From Clostridia bacterium (GTDB lineage: Bacteria; Bacillota; Clostridia; RUG12999): DNA of 64,000 nt. Position numbers and translations under genes: made by a program. The stretch spans positions 25,049 to 89,048 of the forward strand of contig JAFTSG010000010.1 of assembly GCA_017467445.1 (NCBI GenBank), written 5' to 3'. Under the pieces are notes generated by a model, which worked only from the letters and a program-made list of their open reading frames with translations, was not told the origin of the DNA and made no database searches. Below, piece by piece: positions 29,032 to 38,418 of the stretch (position 1 is the stretch's first letter; each line of letters opens with the position of its first letter).

Positions 29032-29444
29032 AAAGTATAGAAAAAATATTGGAAGAAGAAAAAGTATTTGTGGGAGTAACGCAAGGGGACAGTATGTATC
29101 CGATGCTGGTTTCGGGGCGCGACAGGGTGGTTATATCACCGCCGGTTTTCCCGCTTAAAAAGTATGATGTGCCTTTATATAAACGATACGGACATTATAC
29201 TCTGCACCGGATAGTCAAGGTAACAAAACACGGCAAGTATATTATCTGTGGGGACAACAGAACACATCTGGAAATGAATGTAACAGAGAAAGATATTATC
29301 GGTGTTTTAACTGCTTTTTACCGCGATGATAAATATGTGGAATGTACCGATAAGGAGTATATCAGATATTCAAAAAAGGTTTGTCGCTCACTGCCGTGGC
29401 GAAGAATGAAAGAGATTTTGAAAAGTAAATTTCATAAAGATTAA
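29028..29444 (+). CDS. mini Ser/Lys-dyad peptidase (S24 LexA-like or S26 signal-peptidase-like catalytic core)
   Basis: GDSMYPML box (nucleophile Ser) and a downstream HRIVKV (general-base Lys box). It has no TM anchor or HTH, and it is translationally coupled (ATGA) to the kinase-like gene. Confidence 0.55.
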   Translation: MKSIEKILEEEKVFVGVTQGDSMYPMLVSGRDRVVISPPVFPLKKYDVPLYKRYGHYTLHRIVKVTKHGKYIICGDNRTHLEMNVTEKDIIGVLTAFYRDDKYVECTDKEYIRYSKKVCRSLPWRRMKEILKSKFHKD

Positions 29445-29476
29445 TCCCGAAACGGAAAAGTCCATTTCGGGATTAT
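29444..29476. terminator. bidirectional terminator between the peptidase gene (+) and uppP (-)
   Basis: ATCCCGAAA-cggaaaagtcca-TTTCGGGAT with flanking A and T runs. Confidence 0.5.
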
Positions 29477-29480
29477 TTCT

Positions 29481-30287
29481 TTATCTGATAACCGTAAAAT
29501 ATAAGATAACAACTATTGCAAGTGCAATTCTGTACCAGCCGAATGATGAGAAACTGTGCTTTTTCACAAAGTTCATAAGGAACCTTATTGCAAGCATTGA
29601 TACGGCGTAAGATACTACCATACCAATTCCGAGAAGAACCCAGTTGATAATACCCTCATATGTAGCAATCTTAAGTGCACTTACACCAAACATTATCGGG
29701 ATTGCAAGGAAAAACGAAAACTCTGCCGCAACGCTGCGCGATGTTCCAAGAAGCATACCGCCAAGTATTGTAGATCCCGAACGCGATGTGCCGGGTATTA
29801 TGGAAAGTACCTGAAACAGCCCGATAGCAACAGCGTTTTTATACGACAAATCGTTAATTGAAGTGATAGTTGTTTTCTTATTCATCTTTTCAATTACAAT
29901 AAACGCAATACCGTAAATAATAAGCGCAGCGGAAACAACCTGCCAGTTTTCAAAGTTTTCCATATAATCGTTAAGCAAAAGTCCTGCTACTGCTGCAGGG
30001 ATGCAGGCAGCGATAACCTTAAACCACATCTGCCACGTATCTTTCTTTTCCTGCACTGATTTTGACGGAGCAAATGGATTAAGCTTGTGGAAAAAGTGCG
30101 TTACAACCGCAAGGATTGCACCAAGCTGAATAACGTATATGTACAAATCGGAGTTGAGAAACGACCCCTCGTTATTCATAAATTCGTTAAACAAAATAAG
30201 GTGTCCGGTAGAGCTTACGGGAAGCCATTCGGTAATACCTTCAACTATACCCAGAAACACCGATTTAAGCATTTCAATAATAAGCAT
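29481..30287 (-). CDS. uppP: undecaprenyl-diphosphatase (BacA/UppP)
   Basis: N-terminal GIVEGITEWLPVSSTGHL and 8 TM segments. Confidence 0.9.
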   Translation of the reverse strand: MLIIEMLKSVFLGIVEGITEWLPVSSTGHLILFNEFMNNEGSFLNSDLYIYVIQLGAILAVVTHFFHKLNPFAPSKSVQEKKDTWQMWFKVIAACIPAAVAGLLLNDYMENFENWQVVSAALIIYGIAFIVIEKMNKKTTITSINDLSYKNAVAIGLFQVLSIIPGTSRSGSTILGGMLLGTSRSVAAEFSFFLAIPIMFGVSALKIATYEGIINWVLLGIGMVVSYAVSMLAIRFLMNFVKKHSFSSFGWYRIALAIVVILYFTVIR

Positions 30288-30422
30288 TCTATCATATCCT
30301 TTCTTATGAAAATAATTTACATACTATTAATATAATTATGTCAAGAAAAAGCTGTAAATGCCATTGACTAAAATGGGTATTTACAGCTTGAAACAGAAAA
30401 GGATGGAGTTACACAATTTAGA

Positions 30423-31238
30423 TTATTCTATTTCATCCGATAACTTATCAAGATAAGTTTCGCCGTACAGCTCAATAATACCTTTGTCGCAGTAGTTTGC
30501 AACCATAGGGTCAATCGGAAGCTTGTGTACGCTTGGAATGCCAAATTTTGCGGCAACTTCATCAATATTGCTTGTGCCAAAAATATTGTGTTTTTCACCA
30601 CATTTATCGCACATGAAATAGGACATATTTTCAACAAGTCCAAGAATTGGGACGTTCATCATTTTTGCCATATTAACGGCTTTTTCAACAATCATTGAAA
30701 CAAGCTCCTGTGGAGAAGTTACAATAATAATTCCGTCAACAGGAATTGTCTGGAATACAGTAAGCGGAACATCGCCAGTTCCCGGAGGCATATCAATAAA
30801 CATATAATCAACATCGCCCCATAGTACATCTGTCCAGAATTGTTTAACTGTTCCTGCAATAACAGGACCTCTCCAGATAACCGGGTCGGTATCATTTTCA
30901 AGAAGTAAGTTAACTGACATAATGCTTATGTCTGTTCTTGATTTAGACGGCAGAATTCCAAGGTCATTACCTTTTGCCTTTTCGTGAATACCAAACACTT
31001 TCGGAATTGACGGGCCTGTAATGTCTGCGTCAAGAATGGCGGTTTTAAAGCCTTTTCTCTGCATACTGAGTGCAAGAAGAGAAGTAACGAGGGATTTACC
31101 AACGCCACCCTTACCGCTTACAACGCCTATAACTTTTTTAATATTGGAAAGCTCATGCGGCTTTTCAAGTAAACTTTGTTTTTCCCTGCTGCTGCAATTA
31201 GCGGAGCAGGTTTCGCAATTGTGTGTACATTCGCTCAT
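30423..31238 (-). CDS. Mrp/NBP35/ApbC-family Fe-S cluster carrier ATPase
   Basis: Deviant Walker A GKGGVGKS, an N-terminal Cys-rich motif (CTHNCETCSANC) and CxxC in the C-terminal half (CDKCGEK). Confidence 0.88.
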   Translation of the reverse strand: MSECTHNCETCSANCSSREKQSLLEKPHELSNIKKVIGVVSGKGGVGKSLVTSLLALSMQRKGFKTAILDADITGPSIPKVFGIHEKAKGNDLGILPSKSRTDISIMSVNLLLENDTDPVIWRGPVIAGTVKQFWTDVLWGDVDYMFIDMPPGTGDVPLTVFQTIPVDGIIIVTSPQELVSMIVEKAVNMAKMMNVPILGLVENMSYFMCDKCGEKHNIFGTSNIDEVAAKFGIPSVHKLPIDPMVANYCDKGIIELYGETYLDKLSDEIE

Positions 31239-31380
31239 TTTAAACGACTCCTTTTATAAAATGATATAATATATTATAATACTAAACTTTTAATAAGTCA
31301 AATAGGAAATTAGTTGACATTTAGGATAAAAAAGGATATACTTATAATGATATGGTATTTTTATCGGAGGCGGAATAAAA

Positions 31381-32562
31381 ATGGATAAAACAGTTATAAA
31401 AAATGTCAAAGTAATAACTCCTGTTGAAATTGTTGAAAACGGCTACGTTGTGGTCGAAAATGGTACAATAGTTGAAGTCGGTACAAACTATATAGGTGCC
31501 GATGCTGTGGATGGAAAAGGACGTTATCTTTCGCCGGGATTTGTTGATATACATATTCACGGTGGCGGCGGAAGCGACTTTATGGACGGTACTGTTGAAG
31601 CTTATAAGAATATAACAAACGCACACGTAAAACACGGTACAACATCAATGTTTCCCACGCCGCTTGCTGCAAGTAAGGACGAGCTTGTAAGAGCAATTAA
31701 AGTGTATAAAGAAGCAAAGAAAGACGATACAATTGTGTGTAACCTTCTTGGTATGCATTTTGAAGGGCCGTATGTTTCTAAAAATCAGGCGGGTGCACTT
31801 GACCCGAGATATTTAAAAGATCCCGTAAAAGAAGAATATGAAGAGCTTGTAGAGCTTTCTGGTGAGGACCTTGTAAGATGGAGTATTGCTCCTGAACTTG
31901 GCGGAGCACTTGAATTCGGTGACTACCTTAAAGCGCATGGCGTTCTTCCCACAATAGCACATTCAGATGCTACTTATGAAGAAGTTACTAAAGCTTTTGA
32001 ACACGGCTATACACACGTAACACATCTTTATTCCTCAACATCAACAATTGTAAGAAAAGATGGCTTCAGGCATGCGGGAATAATCGAAAGTGCTTATATC
32101 ATTGATGACCTTGATGTTGAAATAATTGCAGACGGATGCCACTTACCTCCGTGTCTGCTTAAACTTGTTTATAAATCAAAAGGAATAGACCATGTTGCAC
32201 TTACAACAGACGCAATGCGTGCGGCAGGACAGAACGTAAAAACATCAATTCTTGGCAGCCTTGAAGACGGACAGGAAATAATTATTGAAGACGGCGTTGC
32301 AAAAATGCCTGACAGAACATCTTTTGCGGGAAGTATTGCAACAACGGACAGGCTTGTAAGAACAATGGTAAAACAAGTTGGGGTTCCGCTTAAAGATGCC
32401 GTTACAATGATGACAAAAACTCCGATACGTATTATAAACAAAGGATACAAAAAAGGTGAAATTGCTGTTGGAATGGATGCGGATATCATCATGTTTGATG
32501 ACGATATCAACGTAAGCTATGTAATGGTTGGCGGAAAAACGATAATTGACAATAATCAGTAA
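31381..32562 (+). CDS. nagA: N-acetylglucosamine-6-phosphate deacetylase
   Basis: SPGFVDIHIHGGGG metal-binding motif; amidohydrolase fold, 393 aa. Confidence 0.88.
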   Translation: MDKTVIKNVKVITPVEIVENGYVVVENGTIVEVGTNYIGADAVDGKGRYLSPGFVDIHIHGGGGSDFMDGTVEAYKNITNAHVKHGTTSMFPTPLAASKDELVRAIKVYKEAKKDDTIVCNLLGMHFEGPYVSKNQAGALDPRYLKDPVKEEYEELVELSGEDLVRWSIAPELGGALEFGDYLKAHGVLPTIAHSDATYEEVTKAFEHGYTHVTHLYSSTSTIVRKDGFRHAGIIESAYIIDDLDVEIIADGCHLPPCLLKLVYKSKGIDHVALTTDAMRAAGQNVKTSILGSLEDGQEIIIEDGVAKMPDRTSFAGSIATTDRLVRTMVKQVGVPLKDAVTMMTKTPIRIINKGYKKGEIAVGMDADIIMFDDDINVSYVMVGGKTIIDNNQ

Positions 32563-32604
32563 AAAATATATAATATAAAGTTGTGGTAAAAGGAGACAAA
32601 CACA

Positions 32605-32799
32605 ATGAAACTTGAATATTTATTGTGGGTGCTGGCGTTTATCGGGGTAATTGCCACTTACGGCGGCGGTAAAATTGCAAGCCTCATAACAAAAAACGAA
32701 AATACCGTGCATAGCGTTACAATGATTTGTAAATTTGCAGGCGTTGTTGTTGCTGCCGGAGCAATCGTTATATTATATTTAAGGGGAAATCTTAACTAA
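32605..32799 (+). CDS. small 2-TM membrane protein (64 aa)
   Basis: Strong RBS aaaggagacaaacacaATG and two hydrophobic helices. It fills the nagA-valS gap. Confidence 0.4.
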   Translation: MKLEYLLWVLAFIGVIATYGGGKIASLITKNENTVHSVTMICKFAGVVVAAGAIVILYLRGNLN

Positions 32800-32814
32800 A
32801 GGAGACAAAAGAAA

Positions 32815-35427
32815 ATGGAACAGGGACTTAATAAAGTATATGATCCTTCAGTGGTTGAAGAAAGATTATATAAACAGTGGGAAGAAAACGGATATTTCAA
32901 AGCAGAACCGGACGATAAAAAGGAGCCGTTTACAATAGTTATTCCTCCGCCGAACGTTACAGGTCAGCTCCATATGGGACATGCCCTTGACGAAACACTT
33001 CAGGATATCTTAATCAGATACAAAAGAATGGCAGGCTACTCAGCACTTTGGGTACCGGGAACAGACCATGCCGGTATTGCAACACAAATAAAGGTTGAAG
33101 AATACTTACGTGAAAACGAAGGTCTTACAAGATATGACCTTGGTCGCGAAAAGTTTCTTGAACGTGTTTGGGACTGGAAGAAAATGTACGGCGACCGTAT
33201 TATAAAACAGCTCAAAACACTCGGTTGTTCCTGTGACTGGTCAAGAGAACGTTTTACAATGGACGAAGGATGTTCGAAAGCCGTACGTGAAGTGTTTGTA
33301 AATCTTTATGAAAAAGGTCTTATCTATAAAGGCAACAGAATTATCAACTGGTGTCCTAAATGTACAACAGCTCTTTCTGATGCGGAAGTAAGCTACGAGG
33401 AAGAACAGGGCCATTTCTGGCATATCAAATATATGCTTGAAGATAGTGACGATTATGTTATAATCGCTACAACAAGACCGGAAACACTTCTTGGGGATAC
33501 TGCCGTTGCAGTACATCCGGATGATGAAAGATATAAAAATATTGTAGGTAAAAACGTAATTCTTCCGCTTGTTAATAAACCTATTCCGGTTGTTGCGGAT
33601 GAATATGTTGAAATGGATTTCGGTACAGGTGTTGTTAAAATTACTCCTGCTCACGACCCGAACGACTTTGAAGTAGGTAAAAGACATAATCTTGAACAGA
33701 TTAAGGTTATGAACGATGATGCTACAATCAATAAATTTGGTGGCAAATACGCAGGAATGGACAGATATGAAGCAAGAAAACAGATAGTTGCCGACCTTGA
33801 CGAACTTGGACTTCTTGTAAAAATAGAAGAACATACACATAACGTAGGTCATTGCTACAGATGTAACACAACAGTTGAGCCGCTTACATCCGACCAGTGG
33901 TTTGTAAAAATGAAACCTCTTGCTGAAAAAGCAATTGAGGTTGTTAAAGATAAAACAGTACAGTTTGTTCCTGACAGATTCAGCAAAATCTATCTTAACT
34001 GGATGGAAAATGTACTTGACTGGTGTATTTCAAGACAGCTTTGGTGGGGACATCGAATTCCTGCATTTTACTGCGAAGATTGCGGCGAAATGGTTGTATC
34101 CAAAGAAGATGTAACCGTATGTCCGAAATGCGGCGGCAAAATGACTCAGGAAAACGACGTGCTTGATACATGGTTTTCATCAGCACTCTGGCCGTTCTCA
34201 ACGCTCGGCTGGCCTGAAAAAACAAAAGACCTTGAATATTTCTATCCTACAAGCGTGCTTGTAACAGGATACGATATAATTTTCTTCTGGGTTGCAAGAA
34301 TGATATTCTCCGGTATGGAACATATGGAAAAAGAACCGTTTAAATATGTGTTTCTCCACGGTATCGTTCGTGACAGTCAGGGAAGAAAAATGTCAAAATC
34401 ACTCGGTAATGGTATTGACCCGCTTGAAGTTATCAAAGAGTATGGTGCCGATGCGCTCCGCTTCACTCTTGCAACAGGTAACTCGCCCGGAAATGATATG
34501 CGTTACTACGACGAAAGGGTAAAAGCAAGTCGTAACTTTGCAAACAAACTCTGGAACGCGGCAAGATTTGTTCTTATGAACATAAAACATACAGATACCG
34601 CACTTCCGGCAGAGCTTGAGCTTGCAACTGAGGATAAATGGATTTTATCCAAACTTGATAAGCTTGCAAAAGACGTTACGGAAAACATTGATAAATTTGA
34701 ACTCGGTATTGCCGTTCAGAAACTTTATGACTTCATCTGGGACGAATATTGCGACTGGTATATCGAGCTTTGTAAACCGCGTCTTCAGGGGCAGGCAGCA
34801 GAAAACGCAGGCAGAGTACTTTCATATGTACTTTCAAGAACACTTGAGCTTCTCCATCCGTTTATGCCGTTTATCACAGAAGAAATATGGCAGAACCTCC
34901 CGCACGACGGCGAAACAATAATGCGTGCAAACTGGTTCAAAGGCGATAAATTTGAGTTTCCGGAAGACGAAGAAAACCTTGAAATGATAAAAAACGCAAT
35001 CAAAGCAATCAGAAACGCAAGAGCTGAAAAGAACGTACCACCGTCAAAGAAAGCAAAGGTTTATATCACAACCGATAAAACCGATGTATTTACAGCCGGT
35101 GCAGTGTTCTTTGAAAAGCTTGCATCTGCATCCGAAGTTGTTGTTTCTGCACAGGAAACAGAAATTAAAGATGCTGTTGCAGTTGTTTCCGAAGGCGCAA
35201 AAATTGAAATTCCTCTCGGCGACCTTGTAAATAAAGAAGAGGAAGCGGCAAGACTTAATAAAGAAAAAGAGCGTCTTATCGGCGAAATCAAACGTCTTGA
35301 CGGAAAACTTGGCAATCCGGGATTTGTAGCAAAAGCGCCGGAAGCCGTTGTAAATGCTGAAAAAGCTAAAAAACAGATGTATCAGGATATGCTTGATAAG
35401 GTTCTTGAAGCTTTGTCAGCACTTTAA
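32815..35427 (+). CDS. valS: valine--tRNA ligase
   Basis: HMGH ([14 protein letters not shown]) and KMSKS motifs, editing domain, C-terminal coiled coil; 870 aa. Confidence 0.95.
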   Translation: MEQGLNKVYDPSVVEERLYKQWEENGYFKAEPDDKKEPFTIVIPPPNVTGQLHMGHALDETLQDILIRYKRMAGYSALWVPGTDHAGIATQIKVEEYLRENEGLTRYDLGREKFLERVWDWKKMYGDRIIKQLKTLGCSCDWSRERFTMDEGCSKAVREVFVNLYEKGLIYKGNRIINWCPKCTTALSDAEVSYEEEQGHFWHIKYMLEDSDDYVIIATTRPETLLGDTAVAVHPDDERYKNIVGKNVILPLVNKPIPVVADEYVEMDFGTGVVKITPAHDPNDFEVGKRHNLEQIKVMNDDATINKFGGKYAGMDRYEARKQIVADLDELGLLVKIEEHTHNVGHCYRCNTTVEPLTSDQWFVKMKPLAEKAIEVVKDKTVQFVPDRFSKIYLNWMENVLDWCISRQLWWGHRIPAFYCEDCGEMVVSKEDVTVCPKCGGKMTQENDVLDTWFSSALWPFSTLGWPEKTKDLEYFYPTSVLVTGYDIIFFWVARMIFSGMEHMEKEPFKYVFLHGIVRDSQGRKMSKSLGNGIDPLEVIKEYGADALRFTLATGNSPGNDMRYYDERVKASRNFANKLWNAARFVLMNIKHTDTALPAELELATEDKWILSKLDKLAKDVTENIDKFELGIAVQKLYDFIWDEYCDWYIELCKPRLQGQAAENAGRVLSYVLSRTLELLHPFMPFITEEIWQNLPHDGETIMRANWFKGDKFEFPEDEENLEMIKNAIKAIRNARAEKNVPPSKKAKVYITTDKTDVFTAGAVFFEKLASASEVVVSAQETEIKDAVAVVSEGAKIEIPLGDLVNKEEEAARLNKEKERLIGEIKRLDGKLGNPGFVAKAPEAVVNAEKAKKQMYQDMLDKVLEALSAL

Positions 35428-35439
35428 TAGGGGAAATAA

Positions 35440-36249
35440 ATGTTTGGTTATGTAAATGCATTTCAGGATGAACTTAAAATAAAGGATTATAAAGTTTTTA
35501 AAGCATATTATTGCGGACTTTGCAAACAGCAAGGCAAACTTTGCGGCAGTGTAACAAGATTTGGACTGACGTATGATTTTGCCGTGCTTGCAATAATCCT
35601 TGACGGAATTTCTGAAACGGGGTGTGAAATAGCCCCCGGCAGGTGTATGCTTCATCCGCTTCAGAAACGTGCCATAGCAGGTGAGTGCAGTGCGCTGACT
35701 TACTGTGCATATATGAGCGTTGCCCTTTCGTATTATAAAATGAAAGACGATGTGCGTGACAGCGGCTTTTCAAAAGCCATTCCCGTAATGCCGTTTTTCG
35801 GGCATGCGGCAAAAAAAATTGAAAAACTTTATTCTGAAAAAGTGGCAAAAATCAAGAAACATCTTGCTAACATAACTAAATTTGAAAAAGACGGATGTAA
35901 AAATATCGACCTTCCTGCATATGAATTCGGACGGCTTATGGCAGAACTTTTTGATATGAATAGTGACAACATTGTTCTTAATCAAATGGGGTATAATATC
36001 GGCAGATGGATTTATATCATAGATGCAATTGACGACTTTGAAAAAGATGTCAAAAAGGGAAGGTATAATCCGTTTGAAACAAAAGAGGACATTAAAAACT
36101 CTCTTAATTCACTTTGGTATAATATGTCCGAAATAGCGGCGGCATACGAGCTGCTTGATATTAAACGCAACAAAGATATAGTTGATAATGTTATATACCT
36201 TGGAATTAAAAATAAAACAAATACGATAATTGAACGTATGGACAGCTGA
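35440..36249 (+). CDS. DUF5685-like Cys-containing protein (function unknown)
   Basis: N-terminal YYCGLCKQQGKLCG motif. Its stop overlaps the start of the J-domain gene (TGATG). Confidence 0.5.
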   Translation: MFGYVNAFQDELKIKDYKVFKAYYCGLCKQQGKLCGSVTRFGLTYDFAVLAIILDGISETGCEIAPGRCMLHPLQKRAIAGECSALTYCAYMSVALSYYKMKDDVRDSGFSKAIPVMPFFGHAAKKIEKLYSEKVAKIKKHLANITKFEKDGCKNIDLPAYEFGRLMAELFDMNSDNIVLNQMGYNIGRWIYIIDAIDDFEKDVKKGRYNPFETKEDIKNSLNSLWYNMSEIAAAYELLDIKRNKDIVDNVIYLGIKNKTNTIIERMDS

Positions 36250-36869
36250 TGTCGGAAAGGAATATAATGGAACCATATTCAGTACTTGGTTTAAACAGAG
36301 ATGCAAGTATGGAGCAGGTAAATGCGGCATACAGAGAACTTCTTCGTAAATACGATGAAAGTAACTATGTGGATAATCCGCTTGCAGACCTTGCGACAAA
36401 AAAAAGACAGGAAATCAATGACGCATATGATGCTATTATAAAAATGCGTGCGGAAGAGAAAAAACGTGCAGAGGATAGCGCATCAGAAAAGCAGCAGACA
36501 AACACTTCTGCAAATCCGCGTTATACAGAAGTTCGTGCGGCTATTGATTCCGGAAATATTATGGGTGCATGGCAGATGCTGTCTAGCATGAAAGAAAGAG
36601 ACGCCGAATGGTACTATCTTTGCGGTGTTGTTTCACTTCGCAGAGGGCTTTATAACGATGCCTACAGCTTCTTTAAAACGGCAACTAATAAAGACCCGCT
36701 TAATATGGAATACAGGGAAGCTTTTGCCCGTATGGACCGACAGGCAGGCGCATACAGACAGGCAGGACCGAATATGCAGCAGATGGATTGTTGCACCTGT
36801 TGTAATAATCTTCTTATTGCAGATTGCTGCTGTGAATGTATGGGTGGAGATATTATTCCTTGTTGCTAA
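36249..36869 (+). CDS. J-domain-like protein with TPR-like middle region and a poly-Cys C-terminal tail
   Basis: N-terminal J-like helix (EPYSVLGLNRDASMEQVNAAYRELLRKY) in which the canonical HPD tripeptide is not apparent. The C-terminus CCTCCNNLLIADCCCECMGGDIIPCC has 10 Cys in 31 aa. Confidence 0.6.
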   Translation: MSERNIMEPYSVLGLNRDASMEQVNAAYRELLRKYDESNYVDNPLADLATKKRQEINDAYDAIIKMRAEEKKRAEDSASEKQQTNTSANPRYTEVRAAIDSGNIMGAWQMLSSMKERDAEWYYLCGVVSLRRGLYNDAYSFFKTATNKDPLNMEYREAFARMDRQAGAYRQAGPNMQQMDCCTCCNNLLIADCCCECMGGDIIPCC

Positions 36870-36886
36870 TGAATGAGGTGAGTTGA

Positions 36887-38038
36887 TTGAAACTTGATTT
36901 TAACAAGAAAAATACAACAATTGCAGTGTATGCATTTATTGTTATTGCGTGTTCAATACTGTTTTATACACTTGTAAATAATATGGCAGGTGTAGGCAGA
37001 TATATAGGGCTGTTTTTCCGTCTTATAGCACCTTTCATATATGCATTTTGTATTGCATATCTTTTGAATCCGCTTATGAAACAGTGTGATAAATGGTTTG
37101 AATTTGTGGAAAAAAAGAAACCAAACCCCAAGCTCAAAAGAGGACTCAGTGTCCTTACAACCTTTATTATCTGCCTTGTTGTAATAGGGGGATTCGGTTG
37201 GATTGTAACTCATCAGATAGCACAAAGCATAGTTCTTTTTGCAAACAGGGTAAGAGTCTGGATACCTGAAGTTGGTGCATGGATAACAAATTTCCTTCAG
37301 AAAAACAACCTGTTAACTGATTATCAGTTGCAGATAACAAATTCATTATCGCAGATTGGAAATATGGCACTTAAATTCTCAGAAACATCGCTTCCGGTGC
37401 TTTGGGGCGGAATAAAAAATATTACAACCGGAATAACCAATTTTGTCCTTGCGGTTATAATTTCTATTTATATGCTTTATGATAAAGAAAAGTTTATATC
37501 AGGCATTAAAAAGCTACTGGGAGTAATACTCAAAGAAAAGAAAAAAGATGTTGTTGTAAACATTTTTGCAGATGTTAACAGAATTTTTTCAAAATTTATA
37601 ATAGGAAAAATTATCGATTCTCTTATCATTGGTGTTGTTTGTACAATAGGTATGGTAATTTTCAGAATGCCATTCCCGCCGCTTGTAGGCTTTATAGTTG
37701 GAGTAACCAACATAATTCCGTATTTCGGACCATTTATCGGTGCGGGAATAGGTGCACTTATTATACTTGTTGTAAATCCCATGCAGACACTTTGGTTTCT
37801 TGTATTTATACTTGTGTTGCAACAGATTGACGGCAATATCCTTGGACCTAAAATTGTTGGAGAATCCATTGGAATTTCAGCGTTCTGGGTTATTTTTGCC
37901 ATCATAATCGGCGGAGGACTTTTCGGAATTGTTGGAATGATTGTTGGTGTGCCGATATTTGCATTTATTTATGCGTTTATTAAATCTCTTGTGCACAGAA
38001 AATTACAACAACAGGATAAAGAAGTGATAAAGGAGTAA
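36887..38038 (+). CDS. AI-2E family transporter (UPF0118/PerM-like)
   Basis: 383-aa polytopic protein with a conserved C-terminal half (GPFIGAGIGALIIL...ILGPKIVG). Confidence 0.8.
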   Translation: MKLDFNKKNTTIAVYAFIVIACSILFYTLVNNMAGVGRYIGLFFRLIAPFIYAFCIAYLLNPLMKQCDKWFEFVEKKKPNPKLKRGLSVLTTFIICLVVIGGFGWIVTHQIAQSIVLFANRVRVWIPEVGAWITNFLQKNNLLTDYQLQITNSLSQIGNMALKFSETSLPVLWGGIKNITTGITNFVLAVIISIYMLYDKEKFISGIKKLLGVILKEKKKDVVVNIFADVNRIFSKFIIGKIIDSLIIGVVCTIGMVIFRMPFPPLVGFIVGVTNIIPYFGPFIGAGIGALIILVVNPMQTLWFLVFILVLQQIDGNILGPKIVGESIGISAFWVIFAIIIGGGLFGIVGMIVGVPIFAFIYAFIKSLVHRKLQQQDKEVIKE

Positions 38039-38370
38039 AAAGAAATTTAAAATGAAAAGGAGAAATTATACGAGGTATATCTGTTTGTAACCCGGTAGAT
38101 GTGGTGCCGGAATACTTTCTTTTTACAATAGACTATGCAATAGAAAAAAAGATGACACACATTCAGCTCATAGGTCCTACACATGACTATATAAAAGGAA
38201 ATATAGACGGAATGGCACCTAACCGTAAATATAGCCAGTTTAATGCAGGAAAAAATATGGATTATATCAATATGTTGTCTTGATGTAGTTAACAAAGATA
38301 CTGTAAGAATCCGTTTTGACAGATTTACCGGAAACACACCGTGTGTGCATACAGTTAAAGTATTGTGATA

Positions 38371-38405
38371 AAAAAGGACTATCCGAGAGGATAGTCCTTT
38401 TTAAA
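38371..38405. terminator. bidirectional terminator (serves glmS on the minus strand)
   Basis: AAAAAGGACTATCC-gaga-GGATAGTCCTTTTT, a perfect palindrome with A and T runs. Confidence 0.65.
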
Positions 38406-38418
38406 TAGGAAAAGCAAG

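Noticed and set aside
30087-30335. 82-aa plus-strand ORF overlapping uppP
   Set aside because: Antisense to the well-supported uppP.
32563-32814. Looked for a T-box riboswitch upstream of valS
   Set aside because: The gap is filled by a small 64-aa membrane ORF with a strong RBS. No T-box specifier or antiterminator consensus (AGGGTGGNACCGCG-like) is visible, and the leader is too short.
33241-33852. 203-aa minus-strand ORF inside valS
   Set aside because: Antisense to valS; an AT-rich frame artefact.
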